Shown here: piece after piece, positions 36,361 to 45,509 of the stretch
Layout of the letters: each line of letters starts with the position of its first letter
Position numbering within the stretch: position 1 is the first letter of the stretch
DNA from: Acidobacteriota bacterium
Lineage (GTDB): Bacteria > Acidobacteriota > Vicinamibacteria > Vicinamibacterales > UBA2999
Length of the DNA stretch: 64,000 nt
NCBI GenBank assembly: GCA_016871195.1
Contig: VFZN01000002.1
Coordinates: 196,690-260,689, forward strand
Direction: 5' to 3'
Translations under genes and position numbers: made by a program
The notes under the pieces: model-generated
The model's database searches: none
What the model was told of the DNA's origin: nothing
Seen by the model: the letters and a program-made list of their open reading frames with translations, nothing else

Positions 36361-37220
36361 GCCTCTGCCTCACGCAGCACCCGGGCCGCCGTCATCACTA
36401 CTGCGCGGCAGAAGTCAGCCAGCGTCGCCTGCAGCGCCGCAAAGCCGTCGCTGCGGGTGAATCGCGCTTCCTCCATGTAGAGCGCACGATTGAGTTCCAC
36501 CTGCAGGCTGTGGCGTCCGTCAGCCGGGGCACCGAACGTGGCAACCAGATGCCCGCCCTGATACGGGTCATTCACCTGCGTCCGCAGGCCGGCCTCGCGG
36601 AACCACTCGGCGGCCCACTGTGTCAGCGCCGGAGACGCCGTCGTCCCCCGCCGGTCACTGACCACCACATCGGGACGCATCGCCCCGGCATCAACATTCA
36701 TGGCGTTACCGCGTGATTTCATCGAATGCGCGTTGATATGCACGACATGGCCGTGCTGCCGCACGGCACGCGTTAACGCATCGGCCACCGCCGCGCGATA
36801 GGGCCGGTAGTGCCGAACCAGCCGGGCCATCACGGCCTCAGTGCTCAGCGGTTCGGCGTACATCGGCACGCCGGGCAGCGCCAGTCGCCTGATGAGCCCC
36901 ATCCCGCGGCGCGAGTAGTCGGTCGGCGCCAGCGGGTGCGGCCACGGCGACGCCAGCAGTGCAGGGTCGATGTCATCTTCGCTGCGGTTGGCGTCAATGT
37001 AGGCGCGCGGAAACGTCGCCCGCACCAGCGTGCCGCCGGTCGCAGGCGCGCCGGCCCACAGTTCGTCGACAAAGGCGTCCCACGACGTCAGGATTGATTC
37101 GCGGGACGCCATCGGCGTGAAGTCGGCAGGCCACTGCATGCCGCTATGCGGTGAATCGACCACGAGCGGCGCCGCCGGCACGGTGGGCGGGATCACGACC
37201 ACCGGGTCGGCGACGCGCAT
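36357..37220 (-). CDS. N-formylglutamate amidohydrolase (FGase, PF05013-type) family protein
   Basis: ORF 36357..37679, trimmed to ATG 37220 (MRVADPVVVIPP...), which removes the overlap with the upstream gene. Blocks are VVDSPHSGMQWP, FPRAYIDANR, INAHSM and NDPYQGGH. Confidence 0.75.
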   Translation of the reverse strand: MRVADPVVVIPPTVPAAPLVVDSPHSGMQWPADFTPMASRESILTSWDAFVDELWAGAPATGGTLVRATFPRAYIDANRSEDDIDPALLASPWPHPLAPTDYSRRGMGLIRRLALPGVPMYAEPLSTEAVMARLVRHYRPYRAAVADALTRAVRQHGHVVHINAHSMKSRGNAMNVDAGAMRPDVVVSDRRGTTASPALTQWAAEWFREAGLRTQVNDPYQGGHLVATFGAPADGRHSLQVELNRALYMEEARFTRSDGFAALQATLADFCRAVVMTAARVLREAEA

Positions 37221-37240
37221 GTCAGTCACCAGCGGCCGTC

Positions 37241-40200
37241 CTATTTCGGAATCGGCTTCAGGGCCGGAAACACCGCGCCGGCCCCCACCAGTTCCTTCAC
37301 CAGCCCAGGCAGCTTGCCCATCGCGGCATTGGCCTGATCGATCACCAGCGGCATCGCCGCCCTGGCCTCGCGAATCTGCATCAGCTGCGTCGTCGTCGGC
37401 ACCGACGTCGAGCCCATGATGGCGTTCTTGAGCTGACCGATGCGGCCGCGCACATTCTGTGCGTTGCCAAAGCCACCACCGGCCAGCCCCAGCCGGCCGC
37501 GCGCTACCTCGAGTTCCTTCTGCACCGACTCCATCGAGGCCTTCGCCGAAGCCGAGAGCGTCTGTCCGCGTGTCTGTGTCTGCAGCTGCTGGAACTGCGC
37601 CCAGGCCTGCTGCACGACAGCGGCGGCATCGTTGGCGGCCTGCTGCATCTGATGCAGATCGCTGGCCGTCTCGAACCACGTGCGCCGGTCAGCCTCGCTG
37701 ATCGCAATATCGGGATCGCCCTTGACGGTCACCGTCACCGGCGCCGCATCACGGCCGTCCACCGTCAGCGTGGCCCGATACGCACCGGGCAGCACGAACG
37801 GGCCGTTGTTGCCGCCCCCGCCGAATCCACCACCACCGCCTCCGCCCTGCCCGTTGGCCCCAGGGGGAGGCGGCACGGGCCGCAGCGGCTGAATCCGCAG
37901 ATCCCACTTCACGATGTTGAGCCCCGCGACGGACTGCCCCTTCACGGCATCGCCGCTCAGCTCGCGCACCACGCGGCCACCCGCATCACGAATGGTCCAC
38001 TTCACATCCTTCGCGTCCGCCTTCAGGCGATACGCCAGCGTCGCCCCGGGCGCGGGGTTCTGCCCCAGGAACAGTCGGTCGCCCTCGAAGCCCTTCATCT
38101 GATCATTGGCCTGATTGAAGGCCACCGCCGGGTCGGGCTCGAACGCCACAGCGGCCGCGTCGCCGCCCCGGCCCCACTGCTGAATGATGCCCACGTCGTC
38201 CAGAATCCAGACGCCGCGCGCGTGCGTGGCCAGAATCAGGTCGTTATCACGCGGGTGCTGCTTGATCTCATAGATCGGCATCGTCGGCAGGTTGGCCTTG
38301 AGCCGCGTCCACTGCCCGCCCCGGTTCCACGACACCCACAGGCCCGTCTCGGTGCCGAGATACAGCAGGTCGGGCACCTTCCGATCCTCGGCCAGCGACC
38401 GCACCACTTCCCCCTTCGGCAGGTTCGACACGATCGAACGCCACGTATTGCCGAAGTCGGTCGTCATGAAGACATACGTGCCGTAATCGCCGCCGCGGTG
38501 ACCGTCGAACGCCACATACGCCGTGCCGGCCGCCGCTCTCGACGGCAGCACATCCGACACATACGTGAACTTCGGCACGCCGGGAATCTTCGCCGTCACA
38601 TTGCTCCACGTCTTGCCGCTGTCCTGCGTCACGCTAACGACGCCGTCATCGCTGCCCACCCAGACGACGCCAGCCCGGGCTGCCGACTCTTCGAGGGTGA
38701 CGATATTGCCGAACGACCCCACACCGTCGTGTTTCGCGATCTTGATGTCCTTCCCGGCGACGCCCATGATCTCAAGCGACTCGCGCTCGGTGTTGGTCGT
38801 CAGGTCGGGGCTGATCGGCAGATAGCTGACGCCACGGTCACTCGACTTGAGCACCACATTCGCACCGATGTAGATCGTCTTGGAATCAAACGGCGACAGC
38901 TGCATCGCCGTGTCCCAGTTGAACCGGTAGGTCGTCGACGGCTCGAGCGGCTTCTGCTCGGGCGGCTCGGGGCGCACGACCGTGCGCTCGTTCGTCGTGC
39001 GATCGACGCGGTTCATGCGCCCGTCCTGCGACTCGGCGTACACGGTGCGGGCATCGTTGGGGTCCATCAGCGGCTGGAACCCGTCGCCGCCGTTGATCAC
39101 ATACCAGTCGTCATTGGTGATGCCGCTGTTGGTGCGCACCGCGCTCGGGCCGCACCAGGTGTTGTTGTCCTGCAGCCCGGCGCACACATGGTAGGGCGTC
39201 TGCATGTCGAACTCGACATGGTAGGCCTGCGCCAGCAGCAGGTTCGGCAGAAACACCCAGGTGGCCGACGCGTCGTACGACAGCGCCAGACCGCCGTCGT
39301 TGCCCAGGATGATGTGGCGCGGATTGGCCGGGTTGATCCACATCGCATGATGATCGACATGGATGCGCTCGGCACCGTCCTCACGGAAGGTGCGCCCCCC
39401 GTCATCCGACACGTGCAGCGACACGCCCAGCACATAGATGCGCGAGTCGGTCTGCGGGTCGATCCGGATTTGGCTGAAGTACATCGGCCGCGGATTCACA
39501 CTGCTCAGCTTCCGCCACGACGCCCCGCCATCGTCTGTGCGATAGACGCCGCTGTCGGTCGCGTGTTCGATGCGGGCGTACAGCACGTTCGGGTTGCGCC
39601 GGTAGATGTCCATGCCGATGCGGCCCTTCGGCCCGGCGGGCAGTCCGGCTTCGGCTTTCGCCCACGTCTGTCCGGCATCGGTCGACTTCCAGATCGTGCT
39701 GCCGGGCCCGCCACCGTTCATGCCCCACTGCGCACGGCGGCGCTGGTAGGTCGCGGCATACAGCGTCTTGTTGTTGGCCGGGTCCATCACCAGTTCGGTG
39801 GCCCCGGTGTCGTCATCCACATGCAGCACCCGCGCCCACGTCAGACCGCCATCGGTGGTCTTGTAGACGCCGCGCTCGCCACCCGCCGCCCACAAATCGC
39901 CCAGTACCGCCACATAGACCACGTTGAAGTCGACCGGATCGACGATGATGCGGGCGATCTGGCGGCTCACCTTGAGTCCCATGTGCTTCCAGTGACGACC
40001 GCCATCGGTCGACTTGTAGACGCCGTCGCCCCATGAACTGCTCTGCCGGTTGTTGTTCTCGCCCGTACCGACCCACACGAGGTTGGCATCGGTCGCCGCG
40101 ATGGCCAGATCGCCCACCGATGAACTGCCCTCATGATCGAAGACCGACGTGAACGTCGTGCCGTTGTTCACCGTCTTGTAGACGCCGCCCGTAGCCGTGC

Positions 40201-40420
40201 CTACATAAAAGGTCGACGGATCACTCTCGAGCACGGCCACGTCATCGACGCGCCCTGACGGGGCGGCCGGCCCGATGGCGCGGAACGCCAGCCGATCGAG
40301 CGGACCGCTGCCCGGTGAGTCGGTGGTGACAAACGGCGTCGGCCGGGGAGGCGCCTGCGCGAGCAGGCCCGTGCCCAGTGCGGCCATGGCACCGGCGAAC
40401 AGCAGGATGTGTCTCTTCAT
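37241..40420 (-). CDS. Secreted 1059-aa sortilin/VPS10-like BNR (Asp-box) double-propeller protein with poly-Gly insert and alpha-helical C-terminal tail
   Basis: Signal peptide MKRHILLFAGAMAALGTGLLAQ. Asp-boxes are STDGGRHW, TTDGGLTW, STDAGQTW, TDDGGASW, SDDGGRTF, SSDRGVSY and TQDSGKTW. The low-complexity insert is PPPPGANGQGGGGGGGFGGGGNNGP. Confidence 0.8.
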   Translation of the reverse strand: MKRHILLFAGAMAALGTGLLAQAPPRPTPFVTTDSPGSGPLDRLAFRAIGPAAPSGRVDDVAVLESDPSTFYVGTATGGVYKTVNNGTTFTSVFDHEGSSSVGDLAIAATDANLVWVGTGENNNRQSSSWGDGVYKSTDGGRHWKHMGLKVSRQIARIIVDPVDFNVVYVAVLGDLWAAGGERGVYKTTDGGLTWARVLHVDDDTGATELVMDPANNKTLYAATYQRRRAQWGMNGGGPGSTIWKSTDAGQTWAKAEAGLPAGPKGRIGMDIYRRNPNVLYARIEHATDSGVYRTDDGGASWRKLSSVNPRPMYFSQIRIDPQTDSRIYVLGVSLHVSDDGGRTFREDGAERIHVDHHAMWINPANPRHIILGNDGGLALSYDASATWVFLPNLLLAQAYHVEFDMQTPYHVCAGLQDNNTWCGPSAVRTNSGITNDDWYVINGGDGFQPLMDPNDARTVYAESQDGRMNRVDRTTNERTVVRPEPPEQKPLEPSTTYRFNWDTAMQLSPFDSKTIYIGANVVLKSSDRGVSYLPISPDLTTNTERESLEIMGVAGKDIKIAKHDGVGSFGNIVTLEESAARAGVVWVGSDDGVVSVTQDSGKTWSNVTAKIPGVPKFTYVSDVLPSRAAAGTAYVAFDGHRGGDYGTYVFMTTDFGNTWRSIVSNLPKGEVVRSLAEDRKVPDLLYLGTETGLWVSWNRGGQWTRLKANLPTMPIYEIKQHPRDNDLILATHARGVWILDDVGIIQQWGRGGDAAAVAFEPDPAVAFNQANDQMKGFEGDRLFLGQNPAPGATLAYRLKADAKDVKWTIRDAGGRVVRELSGDAVKGQSVAGLNIVKWDLRIQPLRPVPPPPGANGQGGGGGGGFGGGGNNGPFVLPGAYRATLTVDGRDAAPVTVTVKGDPDIAISEADRRTWFETASDLHQMQQAANDAAAVVQQAWAQFQQLQTQTRGQTLSASAKASMESVQKELEVARGRLGLAGGGFGNAQNVRGRIGQLKNAIMGSTSVPTTTQLMQIREARAAMPLVIDQANAAMGKLPGLVKELVGAGAVFPALKPIPK

Positions 40421-40465
40421 GGGGCGTGCGGTCCTCTCGTGCGTGTGATGCCTGGGGTGTGCCGG

Positions 40466-41386
40466 TTACTTCTTCTCGCTGGCTTCGTCGAAGGACAGTC
40501 CCAGGACGAACGGCAGATTGATGCGGGGATTCGGCCCGACATAGTCTTCGAAGCCCTTGAGGGCCGGCAGCTTCTGCAGCTCTTCCTTCGACTGCCCCGA
40601 CGCCACGGCACGGCGTCCGGCCTCGAGCAGCGCGGTCAGATAGTCGCGGAAGGCCAGCACGCCGGCCCGTTCCATGCGCGGCGTCTGGTTCATCGCATGG
40701 CCGGCGATGAACACGGTGTCGGCCGATGCGGTCTTCGCCACGCGCTCGAGCAGCACAATCCAGTTGTCGATGCGCGCCCCCGCGGCGCGGTCAATGTTCG
40801 GATGCGCATGGTTGAACATCAGGTCGCCGAGATGGATGACGTTCGCCTGCTGGAAGGTCACCACCGAATCGCCGCTCGTGTGGCCCGGGCCATAGTGGCG
40901 CATCTCGATGCGCTCGTTGCCGAACGACTCGGTCCAGCTGTCGGTGTAGGTGACGTCCGCAATCGCCTGCTGGGCCAGCGTGTTGGCCTGCTCGGCCACC
41001 GTGCGCTGCCACTTCGCGCAATTGGCATGCGCCACGATGCGTTTCACCAGGGGCTTGAATGCCATGTTGCCACCGGTGTGATCGCCGTGGTGGTGCGTGT
41101 TGAGCAGCATGGCAATGCCCTTCGGGGCCAACTGCTTCAGGCCAGCCACGCACAGCTCGGCGGTGTTCATGAACTGGCTGTCGACCGCCACGGCGCCATC
41201 CGCATTCACCAGATAGCCGATGGTGCCGCCCTGCCCGGTGAAGTACCCGACTCCGCGGCGAATCTCGTTGAAGGTGGTGATCGGCGGCGCCTGGGCCGCA
41301 GGGGCCTGCGCGCCGAGCGGCAGGCGTCCCAGCACAACACCAGCGGCGGCGGCGGTCGACGTGGCAACAAAGTGACGACGATTCAT
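40466..41386 (-). CDS. Tat-exported metallo-beta-lactamase-fold hydrolase
   Basis: AAGGAG lies 6 nt upstream. The twin-arginine signal is MNRRHFVATSTAAAAGVVLG. The MBL motif is NTHHHGDHTGG. Confidence 0.85.
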   Translation of the reverse strand: MNRRHFVATSTAAAAGVVLGRLPLGAQAPAAQAPPITTFNEIRRGVGYFTGQGGTIGYLVNADGAVAVDSQFMNTAELCVAGLKQLAPKGIAMLLNTHHHGDHTGGNMAFKPLVKRIVAHANCAKWQRTVAEQANTLAQQAIADVTYTDSWTESFGNERIEMRHYGPGHTSGDSVVTFQQANVIHLGDLMFNHAHPNIDRAAGARIDNWIVLLERVAKTASADTVFIAGHAMNQTPRMERAGVLAFRDYLTALLEAGRRAVASGQSKEELQKLPALKGFEDYVGPNPRINLPFVLGLSFDEASEKK

Positions 41387-41444
41387 GACGGGCTCCTTCG
41401 TGAGAGACGACGCCCGAGGGGGCGTCTGTGTCGTTCAGTGACGG

Positions 41445-42740
41445 TCAGCGACGGTTCAGATAATCGATCGTCAGCGACGTGAGCGCACGCACGCCCACGG
41501 GCAGCGCCGACTCATCGGCAAAAAAGAGCGGCGAGTGATTCTGCGCCGCTGTGGCCTCGCCGCCCGGAGGCGTGACGCCGAGAAAGAAGAACAGGCCCGG
41601 CACCTGCTGCTGGAAGTAGGAAAAGTCTTCGGCCGTGCCCGTCATCGGGGCTTCACTCACGCGGTCATCCCCTGCGGCACGCCGCAGCGAGGGCAGCATC
41701 TGCCGGGTCAGCTCCGGATCGTTCTGCGTCACGGGATACCCGAGCCCCCACGTCACCGTCGCCGACCCACCGGCAGCGGCGGCATAGTTGGTCGCCATGT
41801 CGGTGATGCGCTGCCGAATCTTCGTGCGCTCGCCCTCATCGAAGGCGCGGACGGTGCCCACGATTTCCGCCGAGTCGGGAATGATGTTCGAGCGGTTGCC
41901 GCCGGAAAACTTCCCGACGGTGACCACCGCCGGTGCCTGCGAGATATTGACGGCGCGCGACACGATCGACTGCATCGACGTCACCAGCTGCGCCCCGATC
42001 ACGATCGGATCGACGCCGCCCCACGGCACAGCCCCGTGCGTCTGCTTGCCGTTGATGACGATGGTGAACTCGTCGGCGCTGGCCATGAGCGGGCCCGAGC
42101 GATAGCGGATGGTACCTGCGGTGAAGGGAAACACGTGCAGACCGAACACGGCATCGACCTTCGGGTTCTCGAGTACGCCGGCCTTCACCATCGGCTCGGC
42201 ACCGCCCGGCCCCTCTTCGGCCGGCTGGAACAGGAACTTGACGGTGCCCGCCAGCTCGGCCCGGTGCCGGGCCAGCACGGTCGCCGTGCCCATGAGAATG
42301 GCCATGTGATTGTCGTGACCGCACGCATGCATCACGCCGGTCTCCTGGCCGTTCCACGTGACCTTCTGCGTCGACTTGAAGGGCAGGTCGACCTGCTCGG
42401 TCACCGGCAGCCCGTCCATATCGGCGCGCAGGGCCACTACCTTGCCGGGGCGTCCGCCTTTCAGCACGCCGACCACGCCCGTGCCGCCGACGCCGGTCTG
42501 CACCTCCATGCCCAGCGAGCGCAGGTGCTCGGCGATGACGCGCGACGTGCGCGTCTCCTGCAGCCCCAGTTCGGGAAACTGATGGAAGTCGCGGCGCCAG
42601 GTGACCACCTGGGGAAGAATTTCCGTGATCGTGCGATCGACCGCGGGCGTCGCCGGCGTGCCGGCGGCAGTCTGTGCCTGGCTGGCCAGGGGAGCGGACA
42701 CGGTGAGGCCGAGGGCGAACCCCGCCAGGTACATGCGCAT
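41445..42740 (-). CDS. Secreted M20D-family amidohydrolase (N-acyl-L-amino-acid amidohydrolase / hippurate-hydrolase type)
   Basis: ORF 41445..43217, trimmed to ATG 42740 (AGGAGG 8 nt upstream). The signal peptide is MRMYLAGFALGLTVSAPLASQAQ. The block MHACGHDNHMAILMG and the typical M20D length support the call. Confidence 0.82.
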   Translation of the reverse strand: MRMYLAGFALGLTVSAPLASQAQTAAGTPATPAVDRTITEILPQVVTWRRDFHQFPELGLQETRTSRVIAEHLRSLGMEVQTGVGGTGVVGVLKGGRPGKVVALRADMDGLPVTEQVDLPFKSTQKVTWNGQETGVMHACGHDNHMAILMGTATVLARHRAELAGTVKFLFQPAEEGPGGAEPMVKAGVLENPKVDAVFGLHVFPFTAGTIRYRSGPLMASADEFTIVINGKQTHGAVPWGGVDPIVIGAQLVTSMQSIVSRAVNISQAPAVVTVGKFSGGNRSNIIPDSAEIVGTVRAFDEGERTKIRQRITDMATNYAAAAGGSATVTWGLGYPVTQNDPELTRQMLPSLRRAAGDDRVSEAPMTGTAEDFSYFQQQVPGLFFFLGVTPPGGEATAAQNHSPLFFADESALPVGVRALTSLTIDYLNRR

Positions 42741-42832
42741 GCTGTGCCTCCTGAGGCTCCGCATTCTACTACCCGCCTGCGCGGGGCACCGAGTGATCTG
42801 TGCGCGGGCGTTTCCGGCGAGGCAGCGGACCG

Positions 42833-43417
42833 CTAGCCGATCTTCCGGCCGAGCCAGGTGAACGGGCCTCCGGGACTTCTCTCGGGGGGAGCCTGACCCA
42901 CCATGTCCTTGGCCGCATACTTCGCGCTGACCTGCCACACAAAATCCATCTCGGACATGATGGCCCCGAGGGCCATGCGCGACTCGATGACGAGCAGCAC
43001 CGACGCATACAGCATGAACACCGACCCGAGCAGGCCCAGCCCGGCGGCGACCCACGTGAACGACCGGGCCGCTGCCGAGACCACCGCAATGGCCACGCTG
43101 CTCGAAATGAACGTGCACAGCGCCGCATAGAACGCCACCATCGCGCGCTGCAGCAGGCGTGCACGGGAGGTCTGCCGATCGAGCTGTTCGAACACGATGA
43201 CGCGGCGCTCTTCCCACAGAGGATCATCCTCGCGGCTGCGCGACAGGGCCTCAAAGCGCTCTGACAGGGTCCGCACGCGGTCGACCACGCGCCCCATGCG
43301 GGTGCTGGTCGAGAAGATGAGCGCCCCGCATGCGGAAATCAGCACGGCTGGCGTGATCATCGCCGTCAGCACGGCGAGGGCGTTCTGGGGGCTTTCGAGA
43401 CGCGACAGCCAGTCCAT
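42833..43417 (-). CDS. DUF2721-family membrane protein
   Basis: ORF 42833..43474, trimmed to ATG 43417 (MDWLSRLESPQNALAVLTAMITPAVLISACGALIFSTSTRMGRVVDRVR). TACAAT lies 6 nt upstream. Confidence 0.65.
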   Translation of the reverse strand: MDWLSRLESPQNALAVLTAMITPAVLISACGALIFSTSTRMGRVVDRVRTLSERFEALSRSREDDPLWEERRVIVFEQLDRQTSRARLLQRAMVAFYAALCTFISSSVAIAVVSAAARSFTWVAAGLGLLGSVFMLYASVLLVIESRMALGAIMSEMDFVWQVSAKYAAKDMVGQAPPERSPGGPFTWLGRKIG

Positions 43418-43422
43418 CCGCT

Positions 43423-43434
43423 GATTGTACAATC
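43423..43434. promoter_or_regulatory. Perfect 12-bp palindrome GATTGTACAATC giving TACAAT -10 boxes on both strands for two divergent, apparently leaderless genes
   Basis: The intergenic region is only 23 nt. The plus strand has TACAAT (43428-43433), then 7 nt, then ATG 43441. The minus strand has TACAAT (43429->43424), then 6 nt, then ATG 43417. No SD is present on either side. Confidence 0.55.
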
Positions 43435-43440
43435 CGGCGC

Positions 43441-44412
43441 ATGCAGGCCATTGTTGTCCGTCAGCACGGGGCACCCGAGGTGCTTCAGCTCGAGACGCTG
43501 CCCGATCCCGTCGCCGGTTCCGGAGAGATTCGCGTGCGGGTGGCGGCCATCGGCGTCAACCCCTACGACACCTACATGCGCGCCGGCGGCTACGCCAATG
43601 CGCCCGACTGCCCCTACATTCCCGGGGCTGACGCCGCAGGCGTCATCGACCAGATCGGCCCCGGCGTGACGGGCCTGTCGGTCGGCGAACGCGTCTATGT
43701 GGGCGGCACCGCCGCCGGGAAGTCACACGGGGCGTATGCGTCGCTGGTGGTCTGCCGTCCGACGCAGGTGCATGCCCTGCCGGCCCATCTGACGTTCGCC
43801 CAGGGCGCTGCGATCCATGTGCCCTACGCGACGGCGTGGCGCGCCCTCTTCGGCCGCGCGCAGCTCAAGGCGGGCGAGACGGTCTTCGTGCACGGCGGCA
43901 GCGGCGCAGTCGGGCTCGCCACCATTCAGATCGCCCGCGCGGCCGGTCACACCGTCGTGGCGACCGCGAGCACGCCCGAGGGCACCGCCCTGGCCCAGCA
44001 GGCCGGGGCCGCGCATGTCTTCAACCACCGCACGCCGGGCTACCTCGACCAGGTCGCGGCGGCCCTGCCCGGTGGCCCCTCTGTCATTGTGGAAATGCTC
44101 GCCAACGTGAACCTCGACCACGACCTGACCCTGCTCGCCAGGCACGGCCGCATCGTGGTGGTGGGCAACCGCGGACGCATCGAGATCGACCCGCGGAAAA
44201 TCATGGGGAAGGAAGCCGGCGTCTACGGCATGGCGTTGTGGAACCTGTCCGAAGACGAGCTGGCCGGCATTCACGGCCAGCTGGCGGCGGGACTGGCCGG
44301 CGGCGCGCTGTCGCCGGTCGTGAACGTCGAGCTGCCACTGGCCGAGGCCCCGCGGGCACACGCGCTCATCATGGAGCCAGGCGCGCGCGGCAAGATTGTG
44401 CTGGCGCCCTGA
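43441..44412 (+). CDS. qor: NADPH:quinone oxidoreductase / zeta-crystallin-type medium-chain dehydrogenase
   Basis: MQAIVVRQHGAPEVLQLETLPDP...IRVRVAAIGVNPYDTYMRAG. The Rossmann block is VHGGSGAVG. Confidence 0.8.
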   Translation: MQAIVVRQHGAPEVLQLETLPDPVAGSGEIRVRVAAIGVNPYDTYMRAGGYANAPDCPYIPGADAAGVIDQIGPGVTGLSVGERVYVGGTAAGKSHGAYASLVVCRPTQVHALPAHLTFAQGAAIHVPYATAWRALFGRAQLKAGETVFVHGGSGAVGLATIQIARAAGHTVVATASTPEGTALAQQAGAAHVFNHRTPGYLDQVAAALPGGPSVIVEMLANVNLDHDLTLLARHGRIVVVGNRGRIEIDPRKIMGKEAGVYGMALWNLSEDELAGIHGQLAAGLAGGALSPVVNVELPLAEAPRAHALIMEPGARGKIVLAP

Positions 44413-44417
44413 CGCGG

Positions 44418-45509
44418 CTACTTGCCGCTCACCCGGGCCAGTTCTTCGTCGATCACCTGCTTGAAGACTTCGAAGGGCTGCGCGCCCACCAGCGGCCGTC
44501 CGTTGATGAACAGGCTCGGCGTCGAGTTCACACCCAGGCCTTCGCCCTGATCCAGATCGGCGGCCACCTTCGACGTGTACTTGCCGCCATCGAGACACTG
44601 ATCGAACGCCGACTGATCGATGCCGAGCGTCGATGCGGTCTTCTTGATCTGATCCACCTGCAGGGCCGACTGGTTGGCGAAGAGCCGCGCGTGCATCTCC
44701 CAGTACTTGCCCTGATCGCCCGCGCAGCGGGCCGCCTCGGCGGCCTTCGGCGCCTGTGCGTGACTCGGCAGCGGGAAGTCCTTGAACACCCGGCGCACCT
44801 TGCCCCCGTACGTCTTCATCACACGGTCCATCGTCGGAGTGACGCGCGCACAGAACGGGCACTGATAGTCGGAAAACTCGACGATCGTAATGGGCGCATC
44901 CGCAGCCCCCTCGGCAGGATCTCCGGCCGACACGTCCACCGACACGCGGGGCGGCTCGAGCATGACCTTCACCCCGGCAGCCGACGTGCTGCGCAGCGCA
45001 TCCACCAGCTTTGCGCGTGCCTGCTGTGTCCGCTGGCTCTGCAAAAAGGCCTCAATCGCCGGGCGCAGTTCGTCCATCGACCGCCCCTGCGCCCGATCCT
45101 TGTTCTCTTCGTAGAACTGACGGATGTCCGCATCCGTCACCGGCTGCGCCGCCTTGCCCAACTCCCGTGCCGAATAGTCGTCGACTGACAGGTTGGCCGC
45201 CTTGGCCGCCTCGGCGATGAGCGCATCGCCCACCAGCAGGTCGATCATGTTCCGGCGGCTCTGATACATCATCTGCGTGACGCGCGCACGCTCGGCCGCG
45301 TCAAATTCCTGCCAGCGGGCGTCGACCTCACTCAGCAGGATGCGGCGTCCGCCCGCCTCGGCCACCACGGGGTCGGCCGCCGTGCCGGCCGCGGGGCCGG
45401 ATGGCGTCTGTGCGGAGGCCGACGGGTCCTTGCAGCCGGAGGCGAGCACGGCCAGGCACACCACGAGCACGGGAAGACGCATCAGGGACATGTCACGAGC
45501 ATAGCGCAT
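44418..45509 (-). CDS. Lipoprotein with SurA-N-like chaperone region fused to a DsbA-type thioredoxin domain (CPFC)
   Basis: The lipobox is LAVLASGC. The active site is FSDYQCPFCAR. The DsbA-like C-terminus is GVNSTPSLFINGR. The start could alternatively be ATG 45491 or 45482. Confidence 0.8.
   Translation of the reverse strand: MRYARDMSLMRLPVLVVCLAVLASGCKDPSASAQTPSGPAAGTAADPVVAEAGGRRILLSEVDARWQEFDAAERARVTQMMYQSRRNMIDLLVGDALIAEAAKAANLSVDDYSARELGKAAQPVTDADIRQFYEENKDRAQGRSMDELRPAIEAFLQSQRTQQARAKLVDALRSTSAAGVKVMLEPPRVSVDVSAGDPAEGAADAPITIVEFSDYQCPFCARVTPTMDRVMKTYGGKVRRVFKDFPLPSHAQAPKAAEAARCAGDQGKYWEMHARLFANQSALQVDQIKKTASTLGIDQSAFDQCLDGGKYTSKVAADLDQGEGLGVNSTPSLFINGRPLVGAQPFEVFKQVIDEELARVSGK

Noticed and set aside
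37801-37872. The poly-Gly coding tract and the His/Asp tract (5957..6022) as possible DNA repeat elements or a CRISPR-like array
   Set aside because: These are short in-frame low-complexity or 12-nt duplications inside intact genes. There is no repeat-spacer periodicity anywhere in the window.
37151-40036. 961-aa plus-strand ORF antisense to the sortilin-like BNR gene
   Set aside because: It has no motifs and extreme Arg/His/Pro content. The minus frame carries at least seven Asp-boxes and a signal peptide.
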